Shown one piece after another: positions 17,801 through 25,685 of a DNA stretch of 64,000 nucleotides; position 1 is the first letter of the stretch, and each line of letters opens with the position of its first letter. The notes beneath the pieces were generated by a model that worked only from the letters and a program-made list of their open reading frames with translations, was not told the origin of the DNA and searched no databases. The position numbers were made by a program, and so were the translations under genes. Source of the stretch: Clostridia bacterium (GTDB lineage Bacteria; Bacillota; Clostridia; Oscillospirales; CAG-272); the NCBI GenBank assembly GCA_017623975.1, contig JAGANX010000060.1, forward strand, positions 56,711 through 120,710. Reading direction: 5' to 3'.

Positions 17801-18341
17801 TGGCGGTCAAGAATTGGGCAAGGACATGGTTGGTACACTTGACCAAGCACAGGACAACTTGAATAAGGATCCTAACAGCGGTGACAAGCAAGAGGGTGAA
17901 AACCAAGAGGGCGGCGACAAGCAAGAGGGTGACCAACAGCAAGGCGGCGACCAACAGCAAGGTGGCGAAAACCAAGAGGGCGAAACCGATAAGGGTCAAG
18001 AGGGTCAAAAGCCTGAGGACGGCGAATCCTCCGAGGGTCAAAAGCCGGAAGACGGTGAATCCGACGAGGGCGAGGGCGAAAACAAGGAAGAAAATACAGG
18101 TTCTTCCGAAAGCGGTCCACAGGACGGTAACAATAACCAAGGCGAGCATGACCAAATTCAAAAGCCTGAGGATGATGTTGAGCAAGTATTCATTCCCGGC
18201 CTTGGATATGTAACTGTTGATATGCTCTTTGATGAAGAAACACTTAACAAAGAGTTTGATAAGATGTTTGGAAGACCAATCACTGCCGAGGACCGTGAAA
18301 TGATTGCAGCATACCTCGACTTCTTGAAGCAAGATAAATAA
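14814..18341 (+). CDS. hyper-acidic, repeat-built, membrane-anchored low-complexity/coiled-coil protein, function unknown
   Basis: Start chosen at the ATG 7 nt after AGGAGG, 30 nt inside the listed ORF. Three hydrophobic helices lie in the first ~165 aa. The next ~950 aa consist almost entirely of D/E/Q/N/K. A short non-repetitive C-terminal segment reads VFIPGLGYVTVDMLFDEE...AAYLDFLKQDK. Confidence 0.8.
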   Translation: MDIKQMIRPYKRRLVVESLIKASAFGIFFGLCLTLAMAVAFRFVPANKYSMQPGYLLGAILAGVGCAAIVGTVIYIVRYRYGIKVIAKRIDELGLDERVSTMIEYQNDPSFVAKLQREDTQARMSGMTVKAMKIRLPIRILSGCLAVMMVLLLTLNIYAADEAPYPHTKFDSPGYIKNLEDILDNSEISDEHKEVIQDVLDRFESILNSDISKEEMLDAIQKLDKELKDYLKQELEKRDEILDAMKEDELMKDLADAIESQDPDKIKDAIEDLKEKIEEQPTEQEKQDMAEQIQDSLENVIKDAQDSALKDALDQAKDDLDKVIEELEKIEQEKNEIQDQIDDKQEQQDQNEQQKEQNQQQQEQNQDKIEQNQQQIEQNQDKMEQIEQDSSMTEQEKQDAKEELEKENEQLKQENEQLKQENENLDKENENLDKENEQLEQDKEQLEQEKENVNQDQYQEQLDKTFDDMYENIMDAVEEMEDLKDTIEQEREELDKAEEELMGKEDNAIENGFENIEDIIDQSKADEETKDDMREDMEDLKQDLEDISKDENMTEEEKTEAKDEAIHDKQDELEDDAKKEDEAQKEIADNMQNSENDVVKDLGEAIESKDENKINDALDKIKEELDKIEQEKNDLQDQINDKQEEINDKQDQIDKIQDQINENNKNEEMTDQEKAEANESLEDQKNQLEQEKENLENEKTDLENSKQEQQDKEDSIIEDLFNSTENAPDSEIKDAVQDYTENLDKSENEQDREDATEDAKHDINNAIQKNETNKEIADELDNIRQEINKSQANKENNDTMEDLKDAIENSDANAQDREDAKDWLDKNNQQIQDDILNNENMTEQEKNETLGDKYQDMKDQINQGMQEDQQQYDKDTDSFQSSTDENFQQIGEALKENNKDKLEGATENIKQENNQTTNEAWDKNVNDMIEELDKILGDEAVSDEMKDIVSDYKDSLQNAQQNKENGTITEEEAKEQVNGATDQFKENLEDFMQDHFGGQELGKDMVGTLDQAQDNLNKDPNSGDKQEGENQEGGDKQEGDQQQGGDQQQGGENQEGETDKGQEGQKPEDGESSEGQKPEDGESDEGEGENKEENTGSSESGPQDGNNNQGEHDQIQKPEDDVEQVFIPGLGYVTVDMLFDEETLNKEFDKMFGRPITAEDREMIAAYLDFLKQDK
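16032..16170 (+). repeat. 21-nt (heptad) tandem repeat inside the acidic-protein gene
   Basis: Encodes ENEQLKQ ENEQLKQ ENENLDK ENENLDK ENEQLEQ DKEQLEQ EKEN, in frame with the CDS. Confidence 0.9.
17880..18080 (+). repeat. G/Q/E short tandem repeats, including a 33-nt x2 unit
   Basis: Encodes GDKQEGENQEGGDKQEGDQQQGGDQQQGGENQEGE, then GQKPEDGESSE / GQKPEDGESDE (units start at 18003 and 18036). Confidence 0.9.
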
Positions 18342-18374
18342 TTAATTAAAATACAATATACGGAGAAAAAGATT

Positions 18375-19550
18375 ATGGGATTATTTAACAAGAAAGGTGC
18401 AAATGCACAAGAACCAAAAGTAGAAGAAGCAGTAAACACAGCAGAAGTAGTAAATGAAAACGAGGCTGTTGAGCAGACTGTTGTTGAAAAGATAGAAAGA
18501 AAAGAGCCTGAACAAATTAAGATTGACAAGGAAACCGAAAAGGAGCTTAAACTCTTTGCTGAAAAGTGCGAAAAGATTTTCACAGAGGTTAAGAAGGATA
18601 TTATCGGTCAGACAGAGGTTGTACAATCAACAATTATCGCCATTATTGCAGGTGGTAACGTATTGTTAGAGGGTGCGCCGGGTCTTGGTAAAACCCGTCT
18701 TGTTCGTTCACTTGGTAATGTATTCGATTTACCATTTTCAAGAATTCAGTTTACTCCTGACTTGATGCCTGCGGACGTTACAGGTACTAACATTATTACT
18801 AAGGATGAAAACGGAAACTCTAAGTTCGAGTTCCAAAAGGGTCCTATTTTCAGTAACATTGTTTTGGCGGACGAAATTAACCGTGCTACTCCAAAGACAC
18901 AGGCTGCTTTGCTTGAAGCGATGCAGGAGCATAAAGTAACAGTTATGGGTGTTTCCCGTAAGCTTGACGAGCCTTTCTTCGTTCTTGCAACACAGAACCC
19001 AATTGAGCAGGATGGTACATACCCATTGCCTGAGGCTCAGATGGACCGTTTTATGTTCAAGATTTTAGTTCCAAATCCATCCGCTGAGGAGCTTGGCCAA
19101 ATCGTTACAATGACACAAAAGACAATGGATGAAACAGCATCCGCTGCATGTAACGGTGAGGAGCTTCTTAAAATGAGAGCAGTAGCAAAGACTATTCCGA
19201 TTGCATCCGAGGTTCTTGAATATGCAATGGTTATGGTTGCTTCTACTCACGCAAACAGCAAAATTGCAACAGAAACAGCAAAGAAATATATTCGTGACGG
19301 CGCATCCCCTCGTGCGGCTCAGGCGCTTATCACAGCTGCAAAGGTACGTGCTCTTATTAAGGGTAGATACAATGTATCCTTTGATGATATTAACACACTC
19401 GCAGTTCCGGTTCTTCGTCATAGAATTAAACTTGGCTTTGAAGCAGTTACATCTAAGCTCACAGCAGACGATGTAGTATTGGCTCACATTGCTAACCTTA
19501 ATAATGTAAGTAAGACATCACTTATCAACAAAACAAACAAAAAGAAATAA
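18375..19550 (+). CDS. MoxR-family AAA+ ATPase
   Basis: 391 aa. Walker A GAPGLGKT, Walker B VLADEINRA, and LLEAMQE..VT typical of MoxR/AAA_3. Carries an unusual ~70-aa K/E-rich N-terminal extension. Confidence 0.9.
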   Translation: MGLFNKKGANAQEPKVEEAVNTAEVVNENEAVEQTVVEKIERKEPEQIKIDKETEKELKLFAEKCEKIFTEVKKDIIGQTEVVQSTIIAIIAGGNVLLEGAPGLGKTRLVRSLGNVFDLPFSRIQFTPDLMPADVTGTNIITKDENGNSKFEFQKGPIFSNIVLADEINRATPKTQAALLEAMQEHKVTVMGVSRKLDEPFFVLATQNPIEQDGTYPLPEAQMDRFMFKILVPNPSAEELGQIVTMTQKTMDETASAACNGEELLKMRAVAKTIPIASEVLEYAMVMVASTHANSKIATETAKKYIRDGASPRAAQALITAAKVRALIKGRYNVSFDDINTLAVPVLRHRIKLGFEAVTSKLTADDVVLAHIANLNNVSKTSLINKTNKKK

Positions 19551-19563
19551 TAGGCGGTAATTC

Positions 19564-20463
19564 ATGAAAAGAAGAATATTAGACGGTGATTTTCTTGACC
19601 GTCTTGATGCTGCCTCATTACTATTAAAAACTGCTATGACCGGCTTCTTCGGCGGTAGCCGAAAAGCCAGGTCATACGGTAATACTGTTGAGTTTGCCGA
19701 CTTCCGTGAATATTTCCCGGGAGACGATATTAGACGTATTGACTGGAACGTATATGCGCGTTTTGAAAAATACTTTATAAAACTCTTTACAGATGAAAGA
19801 CAAATGCACAACCAAATTTACATTGACTGTTCAGCTTCAATGGCTTGCGGAAAGCCGGAAAAAGCGGCAGCAGCGTTAAGGGTTGCGGCAGCATTTGGAT
19901 ATCTCTCAGTTGACTCTATGGATAGAGTGTCTTATAAGCTTATCCAAGGGGACAAGTCAGTTGACCTTGGCTTTAAGATAACTAATAAGGACTCCTTTTA
20001 CAGAGCCGCACAAGCTCTTGAAAACACAGATTTTGAGGGCGAGGCGGACTTGGAAAGAGCCATTATTATGGCTGAGTCACCGGGACGAGATGACGGTCTT
20101 ACAATTATAATTTCAGACTTTTTGACTGAAAGCAACTGGAAAAAGGCGATAGACTTCCTTCTATATAATAGGAGAGAGGTTATGCTTATTCAGGTTATGT
20201 CGCCTGATGAGCTTTATCCTGATTTTGATGGTCGTGTTCATATGCTTGACTCCGAGGCGATTGATATAGGAGACGGTAAGAATATGAGAATGGCTATCAC
20301 TAAAAAAATGGTGGCTGCCTATCAAAGGGCGCTTGATGAATACGAAAAGGAGATTATCGATTTTTGCGCGGCAAGAAACGTAACCTTCTTTACAGTAAGC
20401 TCAGACGACCCAATTGAAAAGGTAATCTTTGGAAAGGGCTATGAGGCGGAAGTAATCAAATGA
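19564..20463 (+). CDS. DUF58 family protein (VWA-like)
   Basis: 299 aa. DUF58 signature EFADFREYFPGDDIRRIDWN and a MIDAS-like DCSAS. Confidence 0.85.
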   Translation: MKRRILDGDFLDRLDAASLLLKTAMTGFFGGSRKARSYGNTVEFADFREYFPGDDIRRIDWNVYARFEKYFIKLFTDERQMHNQIYIDCSASMACGKPEKAAAALRVAAAFGYLSVDSMDRVSYKLIQGDKSVDLGFKITNKDSFYRAAQALENTDFEGEADLERAIIMAESPGRDDGLTIIISDFLTESNWKKAIDFLLYNRREVMLIQVMSPDELYPDFDGRVHMLDSEAIDIGDGKNMRMAITKKMVAAYQRALDEYEKEIIDFCAARNVTFFTVSSDDPIEKVIFGKGYEAEVIK

Positions 20464-22574
20464 GTGAATTTTTTATATACCCACTTGGTCTTCTCGGTTT
20501 GCTTGCTATACCGATTGTCGTATTAATTTACTTATTACGGTCAAGGTATAAAACAAAAGAGGTTTCCAGTACCTTTATTTGGAAACGAAGCTTAAAGTAT
20601 GTAAAACGCAGAATTCCATTGAACTTTATTATGTCATTACTTCTTATCTTGCAGATTTTAATTGTAGTTGTTGCGAGTTTCGCCATTGCCCGTCCAACTA
20701 TAAAGCCATTAAAAACTGAGGAAAAGATTATTATTTTAGACGCTTCCGCAAGTATGCTTACAAAGGACGGCGGCGTTTCCCGTTTTGAGGTTGCAAAGCA
20801 GGAAATTGAAAAAAGCGCTGAAAAAATTGGTGAAAACAATAAAATTACTTTGATTTTGGCAGGAGAAAGCCCAATTCCTGTTATTCAAAGAACAGAAGAT
20901 AAGGGTGCGTTTTTATCTGCCCTAAAACCTCTTGAATGTGGAATGGAGGGGTCAGACACAAACAGCGCGCTTGAATTAGCTTCTGAGTATTTGAACCAAA
21001 ACAAAGGTGCTGAGGTTATTCTTTACACAGATAAATCTTACATAGATACAGACGGTATCCAGGTTGTAGATTGTAAGCGAGAAGCTGAATGGAATGCAGG
21101 TATTATCTCATTAGAGGATAATAGAATATCTACAAAGGATACGCTTGGCAAGGGCGGCTACGGCTATGAATTTATCGTTAACGTTGGTAACTACGGTATG
21201 GCATCGGAGTTTACCGTTAAGTTGAAGGTTGACGATAAGGTTGTAGGTCAAAAAATCCTTAGCTTAGGTGCAGGTGAGGAAAAGCAGCTTAGATTTACTC
21301 ACTCTCCTACACAGGATACAGGTAAAAACGAAATAAGAATTGCTATGTCAAAGATTGAAAGCTATCAGGCTGCAAGCGTTGAGCTTTCAGCAACAGACAG
21401 CTTTGAATACGACAATTCTATGACCATTTATCCAAAATACGAAAAGGATAGCCTTAAAATTATGTATGTCAGCAAGTATGTTGTGTTAGACGGCGGTAAG
21501 AAGCAGGCTAACAAATCATTCTTGAACTTTGCTCTTAAAGCAAGCGGTTATACAGTTGAATCTGACGATATGTATAACAATATTGATGAGATTGAGGAGT
21601 TAAAGGGCTATGACATCTATATTTTTGAGGGCATAACTCCGTATTATTTGCCAACAGACGGTGCTGTTTGGTTAGTTGATTGCGATAATGTTAACACAAT
21701 CAAGAGCCAGCTTGGCAGCTCTTTAACATTCTCACAAAGCTCAGGCGTTGTGATTGGCGAATCTATGCTTGCAACAGACGCAGGTTACCTTATTGAAAAG
21801 GCAATGGGCGAAAATGCGGCAAGCGAGCTTCTTGAAAATGTACATATTGATATTCCGTTGATTTTCGGCGGTCAAGCTGTGCCTGCGGCTGCAAACACAT
21901 ACCGCCCAATCACATCAATCGGTCCTGCATTTAGAGAGGTTTATAAATCAGGCAGTGATAACTTGCTCATCGCCGGTACTTATAAGACAGTGCCGATGAT
22001 AATTTCTACATTTGATTTCAAAAATTCATCTTTAATTGCGTATATTTCTGACTTCCCAATGTTAGTAAAGAATATGATTAACTATTCTGTACCGGAGCCA
22101 CTTCAAGAACGCTCTGCTGACATTGGTGATGAAATAGTATTCAAGTTCCCTGTTGGCGCTACAAATATTGACAGATACCTTGACGGTAAGCTGGAAAACA
22201 GTATAAATATTGAAGCGTACATAGCAGACCTTGAAGAAAAGAGGAAGGCAGACCCTAACTTCGTAATTGAGGATCATATTAATGAAACCTTTAAAATCGC
22301 AGATCCGGGTAAGTATGAAATAGTTGTTACCTTCCCTGACGGGGACGATAAGGATAATTTGTTTGATACAAAGAAATATGCTATAACAGGTCATATTTCT
22401 CCCGAAGAAACAAGAATTACGCAGCAGATTGCAACTGAAAGCTTGACATATCCTGAGGTTGCAGCTAATGCAAAGGTCGAATACGAGCGTGTGGAAATTT
22501 TCCCATGGGTAATTGGCTTGTTTATTATTTTATTAATCATAGAATGGGGGGTATATTATCGTGAGCAATATTGA
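20460..22574 (+). CDS. BatA-like membrane protein: N-terminal double-TM domain plus VWA domain plus C-terminal TM
   Basis: 704 aa. The start overlaps the DUF58 stop (ATGA). N-terminus is FFIYPLGLLGLLAIPIVVLIYLLRSRYK, followed by a second TM helix. VWA MIDAS motif ILDASASM. Terminal TM helix IFPWVIGLFIILLIIEWGVYY. Confidence 0.8.
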   Translation: MSEFFIYPLGLLGLLAIPIVVLIYLLRSRYKTKEVSSTFIWKRSLKYVKRRIPLNFIMSLLLILQILIVVVASFAIARPTIKPLKTEEKIIILDASASMLTKDGGVSRFEVAKQEIEKSAEKIGENNKITLILAGESPIPVIQRTEDKGAFLSALKPLECGMEGSDTNSALELASEYLNQNKGAEVILYTDKSYIDTDGIQVVDCKREAEWNAGIISLEDNRISTKDTLGKGGYGYEFIVNVGNYGMASEFTVKLKVDDKVVGQKILSLGAGEEKQLRFTHSPTQDTGKNEIRIAMSKIESYQAASVELSATDSFEYDNSMTIYPKYEKDSLKIMYVSKYVVLDGGKKQANKSFLNFALKASGYTVESDDMYNNIDEIEELKGYDIYIFEGITPYYLPTDGAVWLVDCDNVNTIKSQLGSSLTFSQSSGVVIGESMLATDAGYLIEKAMGENAASELLENVHIDIPLIFGGQAVPAAANTYRPITSIGPAFREVYKSGSDNLLIAGTYKTVPMIISTFDFKNSSLIAYISDFPMLVKNMINYSVPEPLQERSADIGDEIVFKFPVGATNIDRYLDGKLENSINIEAYIADLEEKRKADPNFVIEDHINETFKIADPGKYEIVVTFPDGDDKDNLFDTKKYAITGHISPEETRITQQIATESLTYPEVAANAKVEYERVEIFPWVIGLFIILLIIEWGVYYREQY

Positions 22575-25500
22575 TATTGCAGTAGAACGCCCTTTACTGT
22601 TCTTGATACTAATCCCCGCACTTTTACTTGGTATAATCCCATTTTTGAGAATACAAAAGAAGCGTAGGGCTTCCATAAAGCATCTTGTCCCCTTCATTAT
22701 TCACTTGTCCTTGATATTTATTTTGTCAGGTCTTTTGGCTGGCATACAGGTAACTGAAACAACTGATGAAAGACTTTCAACAAAGGTTGTTTTTGTAGCC
22801 GATGTATCAGACAGTAATATACATATGAAGGATGATATGAACAACTTCATTAAGAGTGTAATCAAAAATTCCGATACTGAAAAGGACCGCTTTGGTCTTG
22901 TTATGTTTGCAAAGGGTATTGTTGCGGTAAAGGACCAGGATAAAGGTAACTTTGATATACATGCAAGCGACTTTTTGAAGTATGATGTAAACAATTTAAC
23001 CACCACCACGGACGGTACGGATATAGGTAAGGCTATTTCAGAGGCTGCTACCTTGTTCTCAACTGATGCGGGCACAAAGCAAAATAAGAAAATTATTGTT
23101 TTGTCTGACGGCCTTGAAAACTTTGGCGACAGTATTACCGTTGCGAAGCAACTTGATGCAGGTATTCAGGTAAGCGGTGCGTACTTTAATATGGTTGGGG
23201 AAAACTCCAAAAATAAAGAGGTACAGCTTGTATCCGTGAATACCAACGGCAGAATTCCCGAGGGCGGCAAGGTAAAGGTTGAATTTGTAATTAACAGCAC
23301 AAAGAGAGTAAGAAAAGCAGAGTTAAAGATTGTTGACGGTGATATTGTAACAACAAAGCTTGTTGACCTCGAAGTCGGTAAGCAATCTATCATTGTAGAT
23401 TATGCACCTGAGGTTGCGGGCGTAAATTTAATCAAAGCATCTGTAACCGTTGGTGAAAATGAGGACCTTCTTTCAGGTAATAACTCACTCTTTGCTTGGT
23501 ATTCTCTTGATGAACAAAAGAAAATATTAGTTGTTGACGGTGATTTTGGTACAAGCGTTAGCCAATTTGACCAAATTAAAAACAACAATTCTGTAATGAA
23601 CAGCTTGAAGCAGTATGCAATAGAGGTAATTAACCCACAAAGCTTCCCGATGCATCTTGAAGATTTGCTTGATTATGACCAAATTATCTTGATGGACGTA
23701 AACTTTGAGGAATTAAATTCAAATGCACCTGCTAATCTGCAAAGATACGTTGAGGAATTGGGCAGAGGACTTTTCGTTTCATTCGGTGATAACTTCTACG
23801 AAATGGGCAAGGGTGAAAACGGTGAGGCTACCTATAAGGAGCACCCGCTTGAATCTATTTTGCCTGTTGACTTGAAGCTTGAAGGCGAAAAGGAAACAGT
23901 TGCCATGGTTTTGGTAGTTGACCTATCCTCATCTATGAAAGAGCTTATGGACGGCAAGTCAAGGTTTGAGCTTGTTGTTGAGGGTGTTAAAAAGGTATTG
24001 ATGCTTGGTGCAACCCAAGAGGAAAAGGATAAGGGCGAGGGCTTTGAGGATACTGACTATGTAGGCGTTGTCTGCTTTGACTCAGGTGCTCACGTTGCTC
24101 TTGAAATGGACCAGCTTGGCGATTTAGAAAACAGAGAAAAGCTCTGTGAAGCGGTTGAATACGAATTAAGACACTATTATTATTGGTATTATCTCAATCC
24201 AAACGGAACTGAGAGTGATATTCCAATCGGTAAAGACGATGGCACAAAATATACTAATATGGGATATAAGAAGCCAAGCGGCTTTAACGAAAAGAGTGGC
24301 GTTGACAAGCAAACAAATATTTGGATTCGTTCACACGGTACTAACTATAAATGGGCTATTCAGGAAGCTTCCGATATGCTTGATGACAAGAACGATGAAG
24401 TAATGCTTCATATTAAGCAGGTTCTTTTCATGTCTGACGGTGCGCCAAGTGATGCGGGCTCAGGTTATGTTGGTATGATTGAGCGTATGGCAAACGGTGG
24501 TATTAAAACATCATCTATTGCAACCGGCTTGGAAAGCGACTCAAATGCACAAACAAAGCAAAAGCAAGAGCTTATTAAGATTTCCAATGCAGGCGGCGGT
24601 GAATTCGTTGTTGCTGAAACTGCGGATGCATTGACAAACGAAATCGTGTCAAAGGCGGAGGAGGTAACCTCTGAGCTTGTTAATGAGCGTAGCGTATTGC
24701 CTAAGCGTAATTCGTACAACTCAACTGTTCTTGAAGGTATTCACGCAAAAGAGGATGAAGACCCATTCCAGTTGATTGGCGGCTACTATACATCAACAAT
24801 CAAGACAGGCGCTGACCTTATACTTTATGTAGATAAGATGAAGCCGCTTTATGCTGAATGGCAGTTCGGTCTTGGTAAGGTTGCTGTATTTATGACCGAC
24901 CTTGGTAATGCTAAATGGACAAATACATTGTTTGATGAAGAAAATCCAAACGGCTTACTGTTGGTTTCAAATATGCTTGACGCTACAATGAACAGAGAGG
25001 TTCGTTCCACAGGTCTTGACTATGAGATTGAGCGTGGCGAAAAGGAAACAACAGTAAAGGTTACAACCCCTGTTGACTTGGAGTCAGACCATCCAAATGA
25101 AAAGCTGGTTATGCAGACTTACGACAGTAAGGGCGGAGTTTTGGAATATGTTGAATTTAGTAAAATAGGTTCAAGCAAATATTCCGCAAAGGCAAAAACC
25201 GATAAGCAGGATGAGGCTTACATAGCACACGTTATGCTTGTTAATGAAAAAACAGGAAAGATAAACGATATGATTACCTTTGCTGTTAACGGTCATTATA
25301 ACGAGGAATATAATGTGTTCAAGGAAGGCGGCGTTGCTACCCTTGAAGGTATTACAAGCACACGCAATGGCTCAATCATTGAAAACGGTAACGGCTTCTT
25401 TGACGATATTCAAAGCAAAATTCAAGTATTTAAGCACGATGTAACTACTCCAATAGTAATTGCAGCGTTGGTGCTTTTCTTGCTTGACATTTTGTTTAGA

Positions 25501-25581
25501 AATATTGTAATCAACCGTAAGAAGGATGCTCTCCCTGAAATGACAGATGAAGAGCGTAACGCTTCAATGAGAGGCAGATAA
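22561..25581 (+). CDS. double-VWA membrane protein with N-terminal double-TM domain, GATase1-like middle domain and C-terminal TM
   Basis: 1006 aa with a GTG start overlapping the upstream gene by 14 nt. Two MIDAS motifs (VADVSDSN, VVDLSSSM). The segment ILVVDGD...DYDQIILMDV...LPVDL resembles the class-I-GATase-like fold found in Bat-type proteins. C-terminal TM helix followed by a basic tail. Confidence 0.75.
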   Translation: MSNIDIAVERPLLFLILIPALLLGIIPFLRIQKKRRASIKHLVPFIIHLSLIFILSGLLAGIQVTETTDERLSTKVVFVADVSDSNIHMKDDMNNFIKSVIKNSDTEKDRFGLVMFAKGIVAVKDQDKGNFDIHASDFLKYDVNNLTTTTDGTDIGKAISEAATLFSTDAGTKQNKKIIVLSDGLENFGDSITVAKQLDAGIQVSGAYFNMVGENSKNKEVQLVSVNTNGRIPEGGKVKVEFVINSTKRVRKAELKIVDGDIVTTKLVDLEVGKQSIIVDYAPEVAGVNLIKASVTVGENEDLLSGNNSLFAWYSLDEQKKILVVDGDFGTSVSQFDQIKNNNSVMNSLKQYAIEVINPQSFPMHLEDLLDYDQIILMDVNFEELNSNAPANLQRYVEELGRGLFVSFGDNFYEMGKGENGEATYKEHPLESILPVDLKLEGEKETVAMVLVVDLSSSMKELMDGKSRFELVVEGVKKVLMLGATQEEKDKGEGFEDTDYVGVVCFDSGAHVALEMDQLGDLENREKLCEAVEYELRHYYYWYYLNPNGTESDIPIGKDDGTKYTNMGYKKPSGFNEKSGVDKQTNIWIRSHGTNYKWAIQEASDMLDDKNDEVMLHIKQVLFMSDGAPSDAGSGYVGMIERMANGGIKTSSIATGLESDSNAQTKQKQELIKISNAGGGEFVVAETADALTNEIVSKAEEVTSELVNERSVLPKRNSYNSTVLEGIHAKEDEDPFQLIGGYYTSTIKTGADLILYVDKMKPLYAEWQFGLGKVAVFMTDLGNAKWTNTLFDEENPNGLLLVSNMLDATMNREVRSTGLDYEIERGEKETTVKVTTPVDLESDHPNEKLVMQTYDSKGGVLEYVEFSKIGSSKYSAKAKTDKQDEAYIAHVMLVNEKTGKINDMITFAVNGHYNEEYNVFKEGGVATLEGITSTRNGSIIENGNGFFDDIQSKIQVFKHDVTTPIVIAALVLFLLDILFRNIVINRKKDALPEMTDEERNASMRGR

Positions 25582-25592
25582 TTAAATAACAA

Positions 25593-25620
25593 AAAGGTTT
25601 TCACTTTGGTGAAAGCCTTT
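25593..25620 (+). terminator. terminator/attenuator after the double-VWA gene
   Basis: Hairpin AGGTTTTCAC-tttg-GTGAAAGCCT (one G-U pair) followed by TTTTTT. Confidence 0.7.
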
Positions 25621-25624
25621 TTTG

Positions 25625-25653
25625 TTGACAAATATTATATATAGTGGTAAAAT
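25625..25653 (+). promoter_or_regulatory. sigma-A promoter for the VWA lipoprotein gene
   Basis: TTGACA - 17 nt - TAAAAT, immediately after the terminator. Confidence 0.65.
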
Positions 25654-25685
25654 TAAATAAAAGATTGATTATAGGAGAGAGTAAT

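Noticed and set aside
15699-18583. Several long minus-strand ORFs (92, 273, 114, 90, 291, 141 aa and others) antisense to the acidic-protein gene and the moxR 5' end.
   Set aside because: They are shadow ORFs produced because the sense strand uses purine-rich GAA/GAT/AAG/CAA codons, so the antisense strand rarely contains stops. Their products are L/F/V/S low-complexity strings, none has an RBS, and they tile exactly under a well-supported sense CDS.
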